A stretch of DNA of 64,000 nucleotides from an uncultured Acidobacteriota bacterium. GTDB lineage: Bacteria > Acidobacteriota > Terriglobia > Bryobacterales > Bryobacteraceae. How positions within the stretch are numbered: the first letter of the stretch is position 1; each line of letters begins with the position of its first letter. The notes beneath the pieces were generated by a model, which worked only from the letters and a program-made list of their open reading frames with translations, ran no database searches and had not been told where the DNA came from. The DNA is taken from assembly GCA_963720745.1 (NCBI GenBank), contig CAVRGO010000004.1, forward strand, positions 3,446,797 through 3,510,796. Direction: 5' to 3'. This document shows, piece by piece, positions 20,967 to 30,285 of the stretch. A program made the position numbers and the translations under genes.

Positions 20967-21908
20967 CTATCGCACGCTTACGGGTTCGCTAACCGGCGTC
21001 AACCAACCGAAACGATCTTCCTTCTCGCCTTGCACGATCGCGAAGAACTCGCGCTGCAGTTTCTCCGTGATCGGCCCGCGGCGTCCGCTGCCGATGGTGA
21101 TGCGATCCACCGAACGGATCGGAGTTACCTCGGCGGCAGTGCCCGTGAAGAACACTTCGTCGGCAATGTACAACAGTTCGCGCGGGACTGGCGCTTCGGC
21201 GAGCGGAATACCAAGCGCGGCGGAGAGTTCAATGATACTTTGCCGCGTGATGCCGGGCAGGACCGAAGCTCCCAGCGGGGGCGTCAGAATGCGGCCGTCA
21301 CGCACTACGAAGACGTTCTCACCTGAGCCTTCGCTCACGTATCCCGAATCGTCCAGCGCTATACCTTCCGCGTATCCGTTCACATTCGCTTCCATGCGAA
21401 TCAACTGCGAGTTCATGTAGTTCGCGCCGGCCTTGGCGAGCGCCGGGAGAGTGTTTGGGGCGATGCGGGTCCAACTGGAGATACAGACATCGACGCCCTG
21501 TGCCATCGCTTCCTCGCCGAGATATTTGCCCCATTCCCAGCAGGCCATGTACGTTTCGATCGGATTATCTTTCGTTGCCAGAACTCCGACGTTGCCATAG
21601 CCGCGAATCACGAGCGGGCGCACGTAACATGAGCGCAGGCCATTGATGCGGACTAACTCGAGCATCGCCTCCACTAACTGGTCGATGCTGTACGACAGTT
21701 CCATGCGGTAGATTTTCGCCGAATCTCTGAGCCGGCGCGCGTGCTCACGGGCGCGAAATACGGCTGGACCGGACTGTGTTTCGTAGCAGCGGATCCCCTC
21801 GAATACGGAACTTCCATAGCTGGTTACGTGTGAAAGGACATGGATTGTCGCATCGTTCCAGTCGATGAATTTTCCGTCGTGCCATATCTTCGCCGTGGGC
21901 TTAATCAT
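20967..21908 (-). CDS. ilvE: branched-chain amino acid aminotransferase
   Basis: Class IV aminotransferase (IlvE) over its full length. Confidence 0.9.
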   Translation of the reverse strand: MIKPTAKIWHDGKFIDWNDATIHVLSHVTSYGSSVFEGIRCYETQSGPAVFRAREHARRLRDSAKIYRMELSYSIDQLVEAMLELVRINGLRSCYVRPLVIRGYGNVGVLATKDNPIETYMACWEWGKYLGEEAMAQGVDVCISSWTRIAPNTLPALAKAGANYMNSQLIRMEANVNGYAEGIALDDSGYVSEGSGENVFVVRDGRILTPPLGASVLPGITRQSIIELSAALGIPLAEAPVPRELLYIADEVFFTGTAAEVTPIRSVDRITIGSGRRGPITEKLQREFFAIVQGEKEDRFGWLTPVSEPVSVR

Positions 21909-21987
21909 GTCGAAATTATACCTTGCCTGTAACGTGTAACGCTTTTTAGAACAAGGGCATCACACACGCAGAAGGAGGCGGATCGAG

Positions 21988-23343
21988 ATGCAAAAACCGG
22001 CACTCGCGATGACTGTCTTCGCCGGGCTGGCAGTTTCGCTGTTTGCAGCAATCGAGCCGCCGAAGCCAGGCTGGAACTTGTTCTCCGCGCAGCAGGACGT
22101 ACAGTTAGGCAAAGAGGCGCAGGCGCAGGTGGAGCGCCAGATGCACGTCATTCACAGTTCGGAGGTGAGCCGCTATTTGTCCGACCTGGGACACCGGCTG
22201 GCTCAATCGAAGTACGCAGGGAATTGGCCGTATACGTTCGAATTGGTGGCCGACAAGAACATCAATGCGTTCTCGCTTCCCGGGGGCCCCGTGTACGTGA
22301 ACACCGGATTGATTGAAGCGGCGGATAACGAAGCGCAATTGGCGGGTGTGCTCGCACACGAGATGTCGCACATAGAGTTGAGGCACGCGACCAACCAGGC
22401 GAGCAAAGCAAACCTCATTCAGATTCCCGCGATGATCGCCGGAGGAATTCTGGGCGGCGGCCACAGTGTGCTCAGCGGCCTGGCGCAGGCAGGCATCGGG
22501 CTTGGTGCCAACTCGGTGCTACTGAAGTTCTCCCGCAGCGCGGAATCGCAGGCTGATTACAACGGGGCGCTTATCATGGCCGACGCCGGGTACAACCCTA
22601 TTGAGATGGCGCGGTTCTTCGAAAAGCTGGAGGCTGAAAGCGGGCAGCGCGGCGGGCTGGCGCAATTCCTGTCCGACCATCCGAACCCCGGCAATCGCGT
22701 AACAGCCGTGGAGCACGAGATTCAACAGATGCCGCGCCGCAATTACCGGGAGAACAGCGCCGAGTTCGATCGAATCAAAGATCTTGTCAAACATCTCCCG
22801 AATCAGGGTCAGTTGAAGAGTTCCTACTCGGACGGACACGCTGTTCAAACTCCGTCGGTCCGGCCTTCAACAAGCTTTCGCGAGTACCGCACCAACGCTT
22901 ACACGATCAGCTATCCCGACAACTGGCAGACGTTCGGGGATTCGAATTCGCCGGCGGTCACGATCGCGCCCCGCGATGCGCTGTTCGACAGCGCGAATAG
23001 TGGGGTATCGGTCGGCTACGGTTTGATGATCAGTTACTATTTCCCGGAGAACGGGCAAGCCGACTTATCGCGGGATACGGCCACCTTGATTCGCAACCTC
23101 CAGCGGCAAAATCCTGAAATGTCGTCGCAGGGACAGCGGCGGGATACCGTGGACGGACAGCCCGCGCTCATAACAACGCTCCACTCGCGGTCGCCGTATC
23201 AGGGCGAAACGGAAACGGATACGCTGGTGACGGTGGCGCGGCCCCAAGGTCTGTTCTACCTCGTATTCATTTCGCCGCAGAGCGAACGCAGCGCATCGCA
23301 GCGCGTCTTTGAGGAAATGCTTCGTACGCTGAGGTTTCAGTGA
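21988..23343 (+). CDS. M48-family zinc metallopeptidase, secreted
   Basis: Signal peptide and the HEMSHIELRH (HExxH) motif. Confidence 0.85.
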   Translation: MQKPALAMTVFAGLAVSLFAAIEPPKPGWNLFSAQQDVQLGKEAQAQVERQMHVIHSSEVSRYLSDLGHRLAQSKYAGNWPYTFELVADKNINAFSLPGGPVYVNTGLIEAADNEAQLAGVLAHEMSHIELRHATNQASKANLIQIPAMIAGGILGGGHSVLSGLAQAGIGLGANSVLLKFSRSAESQADYNGALIMADAGYNPIEMARFFEKLEAESGQRGGLAQFLSDHPNPGNRVTAVEHEIQQMPRRNYRENSAEFDRIKDLVKHLPNQGQLKSSYSDGHAVQTPSVRPSTSFREYRTNAYTISYPDNWQTFGDSNSPAVTIAPRDALFDSANSGVSVGYGLMISYYFPENGQADLSRDTATLIRNLQRQNPEMSSQGQRRDTVDGQPALITTLHSRSPYQGETETDTLVTVARPQGLFYLVFISPQSERSASQRVFEEMLRTLRFQ

Positions 23344-24293
23344 GGCTGGCGTGATTCAAAGAGACGATCGGGACTGTCTCTAATCAGATCCTCGAGGTTG
23401 AGGCTGCCAAACAGTTGTTGAAACTCGCGGGCTTCGTACTCGCGGTGTTCCCATCCTGCACGGCGCTCCCGGAAGACATATAACACGGCTTGCGGATGCA
23501 CCGCGCGTGGGACCGTATCTCCGAATCCTGCGGCATCGAAGATCGCCTGAAAACCGAACAGCCGTACCGATGGATTTACGGCCAACAGGCCTTGAAGGTC
23601 TACGTCGAAATTTTCGGGGTCGCACTGAGCGTTGTATTTCATGCACCAATCCTTGGAGATGAGCGGCGCGATCATTTTCGAATACCGGAGCCGTTGCGGA
23701 TCACCTTTGTAGGGGTAGATATCGGTGGATCGATTTCCCGCTACGTCGTAGACAGTGAGGTGCAGCGGATGCACGGACATGAAGTGAACTTCGCTCCGCC
23801 GTATCACCGCGTATTCAGCGCCGAGGACGCCCAGGCGCCACCCCGAGATCGCGGTTTTGAGTTCCAGCGCGGAAGACAGCACGATGACGCAGCCAGCGGA
23901 CGGGTTGTAATGCGTATCGATATAAACTATCCCGTCGAACTCGCTGATGTCGAGAGCGGAGCCGAGGCAATTCATCCGTATCTCGTCTAGAAAGAGCGCC
24001 TTGATTTCGCCGAAATTGGCCCGCCTGAGCTTCTTCGAACCGGGGTCGTACCGGATCACGTGTAAGGGCGGGCGAAGCTGACCCGAACCGTCGTCCACAT
24101 AATATGCAAGCAGAAACGGGCGGCCCTTCGAGACACCGTAGCCGGCGATCTTCTGGCGCAACTCCGATTTCGAGAACGGCCCGGCCGGTACGTTCGCCGC
24201 GCGGATCACGTCTTCGAGTGTTTCCGATCCAAGGGGACGGATCTCAATCGTGCAAAGCAGCGCAGCGGCGATGGCCAAACGCACGACGGTCAT
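23337..24293 (-). CDS. hypothetical secreted protein
   Basis: A 318-aa ORF with a signal peptide and no recognisable domain. It overlaps the M48 gene's stop. Confidence 0.6.
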   Translation of the reverse strand: MTVVRLAIAAALLCTIEIRPLGSETLEDVIRAANVPAGPFSKSELRQKIAGYGVSKGRPFLLAYYVDDGSGQLRPPLHVIRYDPGSKKLRRANFGEIKALFLDEIRMNCLGSALDISEFDGIVYIDTHYNPSAGCVIVLSSALELKTAISGWRLGVLGAEYAVIRRSEVHFMSVHPLHLTVYDVAGNRSTDIYPYKGDPQRLRYSKMIAPLISKDWCMKYNAQCDPENFDVDLQGLLAVNPSVRLFGFQAIFDAAGFGDTVPRAVHPQAVLYVFRERRAGWEHREYEAREFQQLFGSLNLEDLIRDSPDRLFESRQPH

Positions 24294-24303
24294 CCGCCAG
24301 GAC

Positions 24304-25503
24304 CTATCGAGCTTGAAAGACTCGCTGCGTGGATTGATTCAGCCACACATCGACACGCGGAGCATCGTGGTTGTACGGCTTGATCAGCAGGTCGAGAGTC
24401 CCGTTGCCATCGAAATCGGCGATTTTCGACTCGTGACTGCCAAGCTTCGTGTGGTATTCCGTTTTTTCGAAATCACCTCGACCGTCGCCGAAGAGGATCC
24501 ACATCCGAGGGTCGGGATTGTCGGGCGCAGCGGCTTTTTCTGTCCACTTCCCCATTTCGGCGCAAAAGATATCGAGGTTGCCGTCGTGATCGATATCGGC
24601 AATCTGCAGGCTGTGTCCGTGAATGACATCTTCGCCCAGAAGGTCGTGCCCGGTCCAGGTGCCGCCCTCCAGTTCGTACCATTTCAAACGGCCGGTACGA
24701 TCGCCCGACACGAAGACCACTTCGGGCGCACCCCCTTTTTTCAACTGTCCCACTGCCGCACGTGTGAATCGCTGCGAGTCGTCGATAATGTGAGGCGTGA
24801 AGGATCCATCCGGGTTCCGCTTGAACCAGCGCCCGCCACCGACGATCTCGTCGATGCCGTCGCCGTCGATATCGGCCTTCGCGAGTCCTTCTGAAATGCT
24901 CTCGCTCTTGAAGATTTCGCGGTAGAGCCAGGGTTCAGTGGCTTGGGGATTTTTCGGGAAGTTGGCCATGAATAACGTCTGGGCACCTTGATTCCAGAAC
25001 ACGAGCTCGGGGAGGCCGTCGCCGTTGAAATCACCGGTAAGGACGTCGTGATGTTGTCCCTTCCCTTCCCGCTTGATGATGCGGCGTTTCCACGGCACTC
25101 TGGCATTGAACTTCGGCGCTGGATTTTCCCACCACCAGACTTCATTGCTGCTGTAATCGCCGCCCGCAACAATATCGAGATCGCCGTCGCCATCGACATC
25201 GGCCGCAGTGCCTCCGGCCTCGATCGGAACCAGCGCGTCTTCGATGACGTATTTTGCCCAGCCGCCTTTTCCACGCCGGTACCAGATCATCGCCGGCGCG
25301 GTGGCACGCGCGGTTATGACGAAGTCGGTAATCCCGTTCTTATCGAAATCGCCGATGATAGTTCCGGTTTGCTGCACAGAAGGGCCGGGTTCGGGGAGGT
25401 CGCCGCTTTTGCTGGATAACTTGACCCAGGAGACGCGATCGGCGGCGCAGAATGCGACGATACAGGCAAGCGCCGCTATAGTCAGGACGAATTTCGCTTT
25501 CAT
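24304..25503 (-). CDS. FG-GAP/VCBS-repeat protein, secreted
   Basis: Repeated DxDGDGxxD calcium-binding FG-GAP motifs and a signal peptide. Confidence 0.85.
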   Translation of the reverse strand: MKAKFVLTIAALACIVAFCAADRVSWVKLSSKSGDLPEPGPSVQQTGTIIGDFDKNGITDFVITARATAPAMIWYRRGKGGWAKYVIEDALVPIEAGGTAADVDGDGDLDIVAGGDYSSNEVWWWENPAPKFNARVPWKRRIIKREGKGQHHDVLTGDFNGDGLPELVFWNQGAQTLFMANFPKNPQATEPWLYREIFKSESISEGLAKADIDGDGIDEIVGGGRWFKRNPDGSFTPHIIDDSQRFTRAAVGQLKKGGAPEVVFVSGDRTGRLKWYELEGGTWTGHDLLGEDVIHGHSLQIADIDHDGNLDIFCAEMGKWTEKAAAPDNPDPRMWILFGDGRGDFEKTEYHTKLGSHESKIADFDGNGTLDLLIKPYNHDAPRVDVWLNQSTQRVFQAR

Positions 25504-25599
25504 AGAACCCTGTCACCTCACATTCTATTCGCGCGAGCGAAGCGAAGGTGCCGGTATCGCACCAACGCCGGTGTGTTGAAATACGGTCAGCAGTCCTCA

Positions 25600-26304
25600 A
25601 TGAGAACCGTAACCCTGTTTGTCCTTTTATCAGGCGCTCTGAGCGCGCAATCTCCAGGTGATCCGCTGACTCTGATACGGATCGTTCGGAGCGAAAGCGG
25701 TCCCGCCAGCCGCACTGAGGTATACAGGCAGGCGAACCCGGCCATCGAAGTGACCGGGATGAAGTCGATCACCGGCAGTTCGCAGGTCTGGTTCGTCGAA
25801 GCACTCGGCTCGTTCGAAGCGCTCGAAGAGATGGATAAGGCTTTGCCCGAATCGGGGCGCGCGGACACGGACTCCGGCGCTGTTTCGCTACTGGCGGTGT
25901 TCCGGCATGGGCTGAGCTACCGCCCGGAGGAGGCGATCAAACTGATGCCGAGGGCACGATACCTTCAGGCATCCATTTATCGCACACGGCCGGGTTTCGA
26001 TCTCGACCTGGCGGAGTTGATCCGGTTGCGCCGCGCGGCATTGGACAACATCAATGCGGACCGCCCGGAACTTGGATACCAGGTGATCTCGGGCGACACC
26101 AACGGCACCTATATATTTTTGGCTCCGCTGGCGTCACTGAAAGTTCTGGATCAGGTGTTATCCAACTGGCAGGTGCGCGCGGACGCAGGCGCCGCCGCTG
26201 GAGGCAAAGCCCGCCACGAGATCGCGGCCGAAGCCGAGATCACTCGCCAGCATTTTCTCTTCCGTATCGAGCGCGGTTGGGGCTGGTCGCCAGAACGTCA
26301 ATAG
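25600..26304 (+). CDS. hypothetical secreted protein
   Basis: Signal peptide from MRTVTLFVLLSGALSA. No assignable domain. Confidence 0.6.
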   Translation: MRTVTLFVLLSGALSAQSPGDPLTLIRIVRSESGPASRTEVYRQANPAIEVTGMKSITGSSQVWFVEALGSFEALEEMDKALPESGRADTDSGAVSLLAVFRHGLSYRPEEAIKLMPRARYLQASIYRTRPGFDLDLAELIRLRRAALDNINADRPELGYQVISGDTNGTYIFLAPLASLKVLDQVLSNWQVRADAGAAAGGKARHEIAAEAEITRQHFLFRIERGWGWSPERQ

Positions 26305-26358
26305 CGCTTTTCTCGCGGTAATACGTCGATATACCCTGCGTGCTGTCAGAATACAAAC

Positions 26359-27648
26359 ATGGCGACTACGGTTCATCTCGCGTTCGGCAAGCAAGGGCTC
26401 CCGATCGAACTTCCCGACGGCTTCGAGTACATAGTGCTGGAGGCGAAATCCGCGCGTCCGCTTGGCGATGCAGCCGCGGAGATAGAGCGGGCACTTGATG
26501 AGCCGGTCGCGGCGGCGCCACTCGTCGAGTTCGCCCGCGGCAAACGATCGGCGGCGATCTCGGTGTGCGACATCACACGTCCTGCCCCGAACCGTACCGT
26601 GCTGCCTCCGGTGCTGCGGAGGCTCGAGCAGGCCGGAATTGCGCGCGACCAGATCACGATTCTGATTGCGACGGGGCTTCACCGTCCGGCTTCGGAACGC
26701 GAGATCAAAGAAATCGTCGGAGCGGAGATAGCGGGCACCTACCGCGTGGAGAATCATGATGCGCGAACGCTGTCGGATCATCGTTATCTCGGCGTGACCC
26801 GCTCCGGTACGCCCGCTTTTGTGGACGAACGCTTCGTCCGCGCGGACGTTCGCCTCACGCTGGGGTTCATCGAACCCCACCTGATGGCCGGCTTCTCGGG
26901 CGGCCGAAAACTGGTGGTCCCGGGGCTGGCTGCGCAGGAGACGATCAAGGTCCTGCACAGTCCAAAGTTCATGCGCGAACCGTTGGCGGTGGAGGGTTCC
27001 ATCGAGGCGAATCCGCTGCACCGGGAACTGGTCGAGATCGCCGCGATGGCGGGACACGGATTCATGGTCGATGTTTCGCTGGCGCGGGACCGGAGCATCG
27101 CCGGCGTTTTTGCAGGCGATCCTATAGAGGCGCACAGACGCGGTGTCGAGTTTGTCTCTCGCGCACTGCTCGAGGAACTGGATGGGCCCGTGGACGCAGT
27201 AATCACGACCGGCGCCGGATATCCGCTCGACCTCACTTACTACCAGACGATCAAGGGGATCACCGCGGCGTCGCATATTTTGCGGCCGAACGGGCGTATT
27301 CTGCTGGCCGGTGCCTGCGAGGAAGGCACTGGCGGTCCGGAGTTCGCGCGCATGTGCGAGGAATATGTCGATCCCCTCGAGTACCTCGCCGCGATCGAGA
27401 GTCGTTCGGTAGTGGTGGACCAGTGGCAATTGGAGAAACTCGCATTAGTGGCGCGGCGGGCCCGAGTGTCCTTCTGCTTGCCGGGAATGCCGCCGTCGCT
27501 GTTGTCAAAGCTGTGGGGTCCCGCGTTCAGCAGCATGGCGGATGCCGTCCGCGACCTGGTGGATGGACTCCCCGCCGGATCGAGAATCGCGGTCATTCCG
27601 GAGGGTCCATACGTACTGGCGAAAGTAGGCACAGCAGCCGGTAAGTGA
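26359..27648 (+). CDS. larA: LarA-family nickel-pincer-cofactor-dependent 2-hydroxyacid racemase/epimerase (DUF2088)
   Basis: The N-terminal region closely follows the lactate racemase LarA pattern through the HRP / catalytic His region. Confidence 0.8.
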   Translation: MATTVHLAFGKQGLPIELPDGFEYIVLEAKSARPLGDAAAEIERALDEPVAAAPLVEFARGKRSAAISVCDITRPAPNRTVLPPVLRRLEQAGIARDQITILIATGLHRPASEREIKEIVGAEIAGTYRVENHDARTLSDHRYLGVTRSGTPAFVDERFVRADVRLTLGFIEPHLMAGFSGGRKLVVPGLAAQETIKVLHSPKFMREPLAVEGSIEANPLHRELVEIAAMAGHGFMVDVSLARDRSIAGVFAGDPIEAHRRGVEFVSRALLEELDGPVDAVITTGAGYPLDLTYYQTIKGITAASHILRPNGRILLAGACEEGTGGPEFARMCEEYVDPLEYLAAIESRSVVVDQWQLEKLALVARRARVSFCLPGMPPSLLSKLWGPAFSSMADAVRDLVDGLPAGSRIAVIPEGPYVLAKVGTAAGK

Positions 27649-27672
27649 GCCATTGCATCGTAAACTGGACTT

Positions 27673-29706
27673 ATGGTCCGTTTCATCGTCGTTGCACTCG
27701 CACTTACTTCAGTTACACCCTTTCTTGTAGCTCAGCCGGCATCCACCCCGACCGCCCTGAGCAGCGGCCTAGATCTGAAGGCGATTGACAGCTCAGCGGA
27801 TCCTTGTGTGAACTTCTATCAGTATGCGTGCGGCACATGGATGAAGAACAATCCCGTTCCACCCGATGAATCGCGCTGGAGCCGGTTCAGCGAATTGTTG
27901 GAACGTAACCGTGAAATACTGCACCAGATCCTGTCGGCGGACGAAGCCGATGACTCAAAGCGGATCCCGATCGATCGCGAGATCGGCGATTTCTTTCATT
28001 CGTGCATGGATGAAAAGGGCATCAACAGCAGAGGTGTAGAACCGATTCGTCCGCTGCTGGACGAAATCGCCAAACTTCCGAACAAGGGCGCGATTACCAG
28101 CGAGTTAGTTGCTCTGCAGGGCCAACAGATCCGGCCGTTCTTCGTGATCGACGCGGAGCAGGATGCCAAGGACGCGACGCAGATGGTCGCCGGGGTGGAC
28201 CAAGGCGGCCTCTCGCTGCCCGACCGCGACTATTATTTGAAAACCGACGCCAAGAGCGTCGAGATCCGTCAGAAGTTTCTTGCCCACGTGCAGCGCATGT
28301 TCGAACTCGCGGGCGAACCGGTGGCCGCTGCCGCCGCAAAGGCCAAAACGGTTCTGCGCCTGGAAACCAGCCTTGCCCAACATTCGCTGGACCGTGTATC
28401 CCGCCGCGACCCGAACAATGTCTATCACAAGTATTCGGTCCATGAACTCGTCTCCCTCAGCCCGGGAATCGATTGGGATAAATTCTTCGCGGGCATGGGG
28501 CTGCCGGAGCTCAAGAGCTTGAACGTTGCATATCCGCCATTCATGCGCGAGATCGAATCAGTGATGGTGCAGAACCCGCTCGACGACCTGAAGACGTATC
28601 TGAGCTGGCACGTCCTGAACAGCACCGCGCCGCTGCTTTCGGAGCCAATCGTAGAAGCGGACTGGGATTTCTACTCGAAGACTCTCGCGGGTGCGCAGCA
28701 GATGAAGCCGCGGTGGAAACGGTGCGTCTCCTACACGGACGACCTGCTCGGGGATGCGTTGGGGCAGAAGTACGTAGACAAAACGTTCGGTGTGGAAGGT
28801 AAGCAGCGTACGCTCGAGATGGTGCGGCAAATCGAGAGTGCTATGCAGCGGGACATCGAATCGATCGCGTGGATGACGCCGGAGACGAAGAAGCAGGCCC
28901 TTGTGAAGTTGCACGCGGTCGCCAACAAGATTGGTTTCCCGGACAAGTGGAAGGACTACAGTTCGGTGAAAATCGTGCGGGACGACGCGCTGGGGAATGT
29001 GCTTCGGCTGCAGTCATGGGCGGTCAGCTACGAGATGGCGAAAATCGGGAAACCGGTGGATCGCGGACGCTGGTCGATGTCGCCGCCCACGGTAAACGCT
29101 TACTACAACCCGCAGATGAACGACATCAATTTTCCGGCGGGGATACTTCAGCCTCCGTTTTACAGCAACCACGTTGACAGCGCGGTGAACTATGGAGCCA
29201 TCGGCGCTGTGATCGGGCATGAACTCACACACGGGTTCGATGACGAAGGCCGCCGGTTCGATGCGAAAGGCAATCTGCGCGACTGGTGGACTCCGCAGGA
29301 CGGGAAGGCGTTCGAAGAGCGCGCCGCCTGCGTCGCCAACGAATATTCGCAGTTCACGGCGGTGGCGGATGTGAAGTTGAACGGTCAACTGACGTTGGGG
29401 GAAAATGTCGCGGACAACGGAGGCGTGCGTCTCGCGTATATGGCGCTGATGCAGGCCTTGGACGGTCGGCAGAAACAGAAGCTCCACGGGTTCACTCCCG
29501 AGCAGCGATTCTTCCTTGGCTACGGACAGATCTGGTGTCAGAATTCGCGCCCTGAAATGGCGAGAATGCTGGCAACCGTTGACCCGCATTCTCCGGGGCG
29601 ATACCGCGTCAACGGCGTACTGCAAAACGATCCAGCCTTCGCGCGGGCATTCTCCTGTAAACCAAGTCAGCCGATGACTCCGGTTAAAGCTTGCCGGGTT
29701 TGGTAG
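27673..29706 (+). CDS. pepO: M13-family metallopeptidase (neprilysin/PepO-like), secreted
   Basis: Signal peptide, HELTHGFD zinc motif, and NAYY and ENxADNGG motifs. Confidence 0.9.
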   Translation: MVRFIVVALALTSVTPFLVAQPASTPTALSSGLDLKAIDSSADPCVNFYQYACGTWMKNNPVPPDESRWSRFSELLERNREILHQILSADEADDSKRIPIDREIGDFFHSCMDEKGINSRGVEPIRPLLDEIAKLPNKGAITSELVALQGQQIRPFFVIDAEQDAKDATQMVAGVDQGGLSLPDRDYYLKTDAKSVEIRQKFLAHVQRMFELAGEPVAAAAAKAKTVLRLETSLAQHSLDRVSRRDPNNVYHKYSVHELVSLSPGIDWDKFFAGMGLPELKSLNVAYPPFMREIESVMVQNPLDDLKTYLSWHVLNSTAPLLSEPIVEADWDFYSKTLAGAQQMKPRWKRCVSYTDDLLGDALGQKYVDKTFGVEGKQRTLEMVRQIESAMQRDIESIAWMTPETKKQALVKLHAVANKIGFPDKWKDYSSVKIVRDDALGNVLRLQSWAVSYEMAKIGKPVDRGRWSMSPPTVNAYYNPQMNDINFPAGILQPPFYSNHVDSAVNYGAIGAVIGHELTHGFDDEGRRFDAKGNLRDWWTPQDGKAFEERAACVANEYSQFTAVADVKLNGQLTLGENVADNGGVRLAYMALMQALDGRQKQKLHGFTPEQRFFLGYGQIWCQNSRPEMARMLATVDPHSPGRYRVNGVLQNDPAFARAFSCKPSQPMTPVKACRVW

Positions 29707-29804
29707 TCAGTGACGCTCGAGTATTCGAGTAACATGCAGTAAGTCGAATCAACTTCGGCGAGTAACTGCGATAGGAAATTGCGTTTTGTCTATTGACACC
29801 CACG

Positions 29805-29885
29805 AAGAAGTGGGATAATATCGTTCCTGCTGGAGGAATCATGCCGACGTACGCCAATAGCCGAGGTTCGAACCACCTCGCTGGT
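29805..29885 (+). other. degenerate tRNA-like remnant (first of two tandem tRNA-like sequences)
   Basis: It contains GTGGGATAATA (acceptor/D-like), CGCCAAT (an anticodon-loop-like heptamer shared with the downstream tRNA-like gene) and a T-arm-like hairpin CGAGGT-TCGAACC-ACCTCG. It does not fold as a complete tRNA. Confidence 0.3.
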
Positions 29886-29939
29886 GCGGCTTCACTGAAG
29901 CACCGCATGCCGGCGGCGCTCGAATCCTTCTGCGCCCAC

Positions 29940-30012
29940 AGGGATATAGCTCAATCGGTAGAGCGATGGACCGCCAATCCATTGGTCGCGGGTTCGACTC
30001 CCGTTATCCACA
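29940..30012 (+). tRNA. tRNA-like gene with anticodon GCC (Gly), probably a pseudo-tRNA
   Basis: Canonical D-arm (GCTC-AATCGGTA-GAGC), a perfect anticodon stem ATGGA/TCCAT with loop CCGCCAA, and T-arm GCGGG-TTCGACT-CCCGT. But position 33 is C rather than U, acceptor pairs 1:72 and 2:71 are mismatched, and there is no encoded CCA. Confidence 0.45.
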
Positions 30013-30243
30013 CTTGCTGACAGCAAATCAGCCAATCAACTGAGTTAAGCCAGCGTCTCTCCTGTCGTGCGATCGCGTTTCGATTGCGCGGCGACGGGAT
30101 CTACGCTTTGCGCTCGCCTGAAAATGCCGGCTGCGGGATGTATTTTGTGCAGCCGGCTTATAGGTTGGCCCGCGGCGGTCGCGTGGAAAGACGCCTGGCT
30201 GACTCGATCATGAAACGTAAGTCAATCAAAGGAGGTGATTCTC

Positions 30244-30285
30244 ATGCTGCGCCGGCAGTTAGTTGGAGACAACGAGCGCGTGCTA
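30244..30285 (+). other. orphaned native 5' end (13 codons with a Shine-Dalgarno site) of the SPFH gene, cut off by the IS630 insertion
   Basis: AAAGGAGGTGA lies 4 nt upstream of ATG at 30244. Its frame is exactly continuous with the SPFH ORF once the IS is removed at the TA. Confidence 0.6.
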
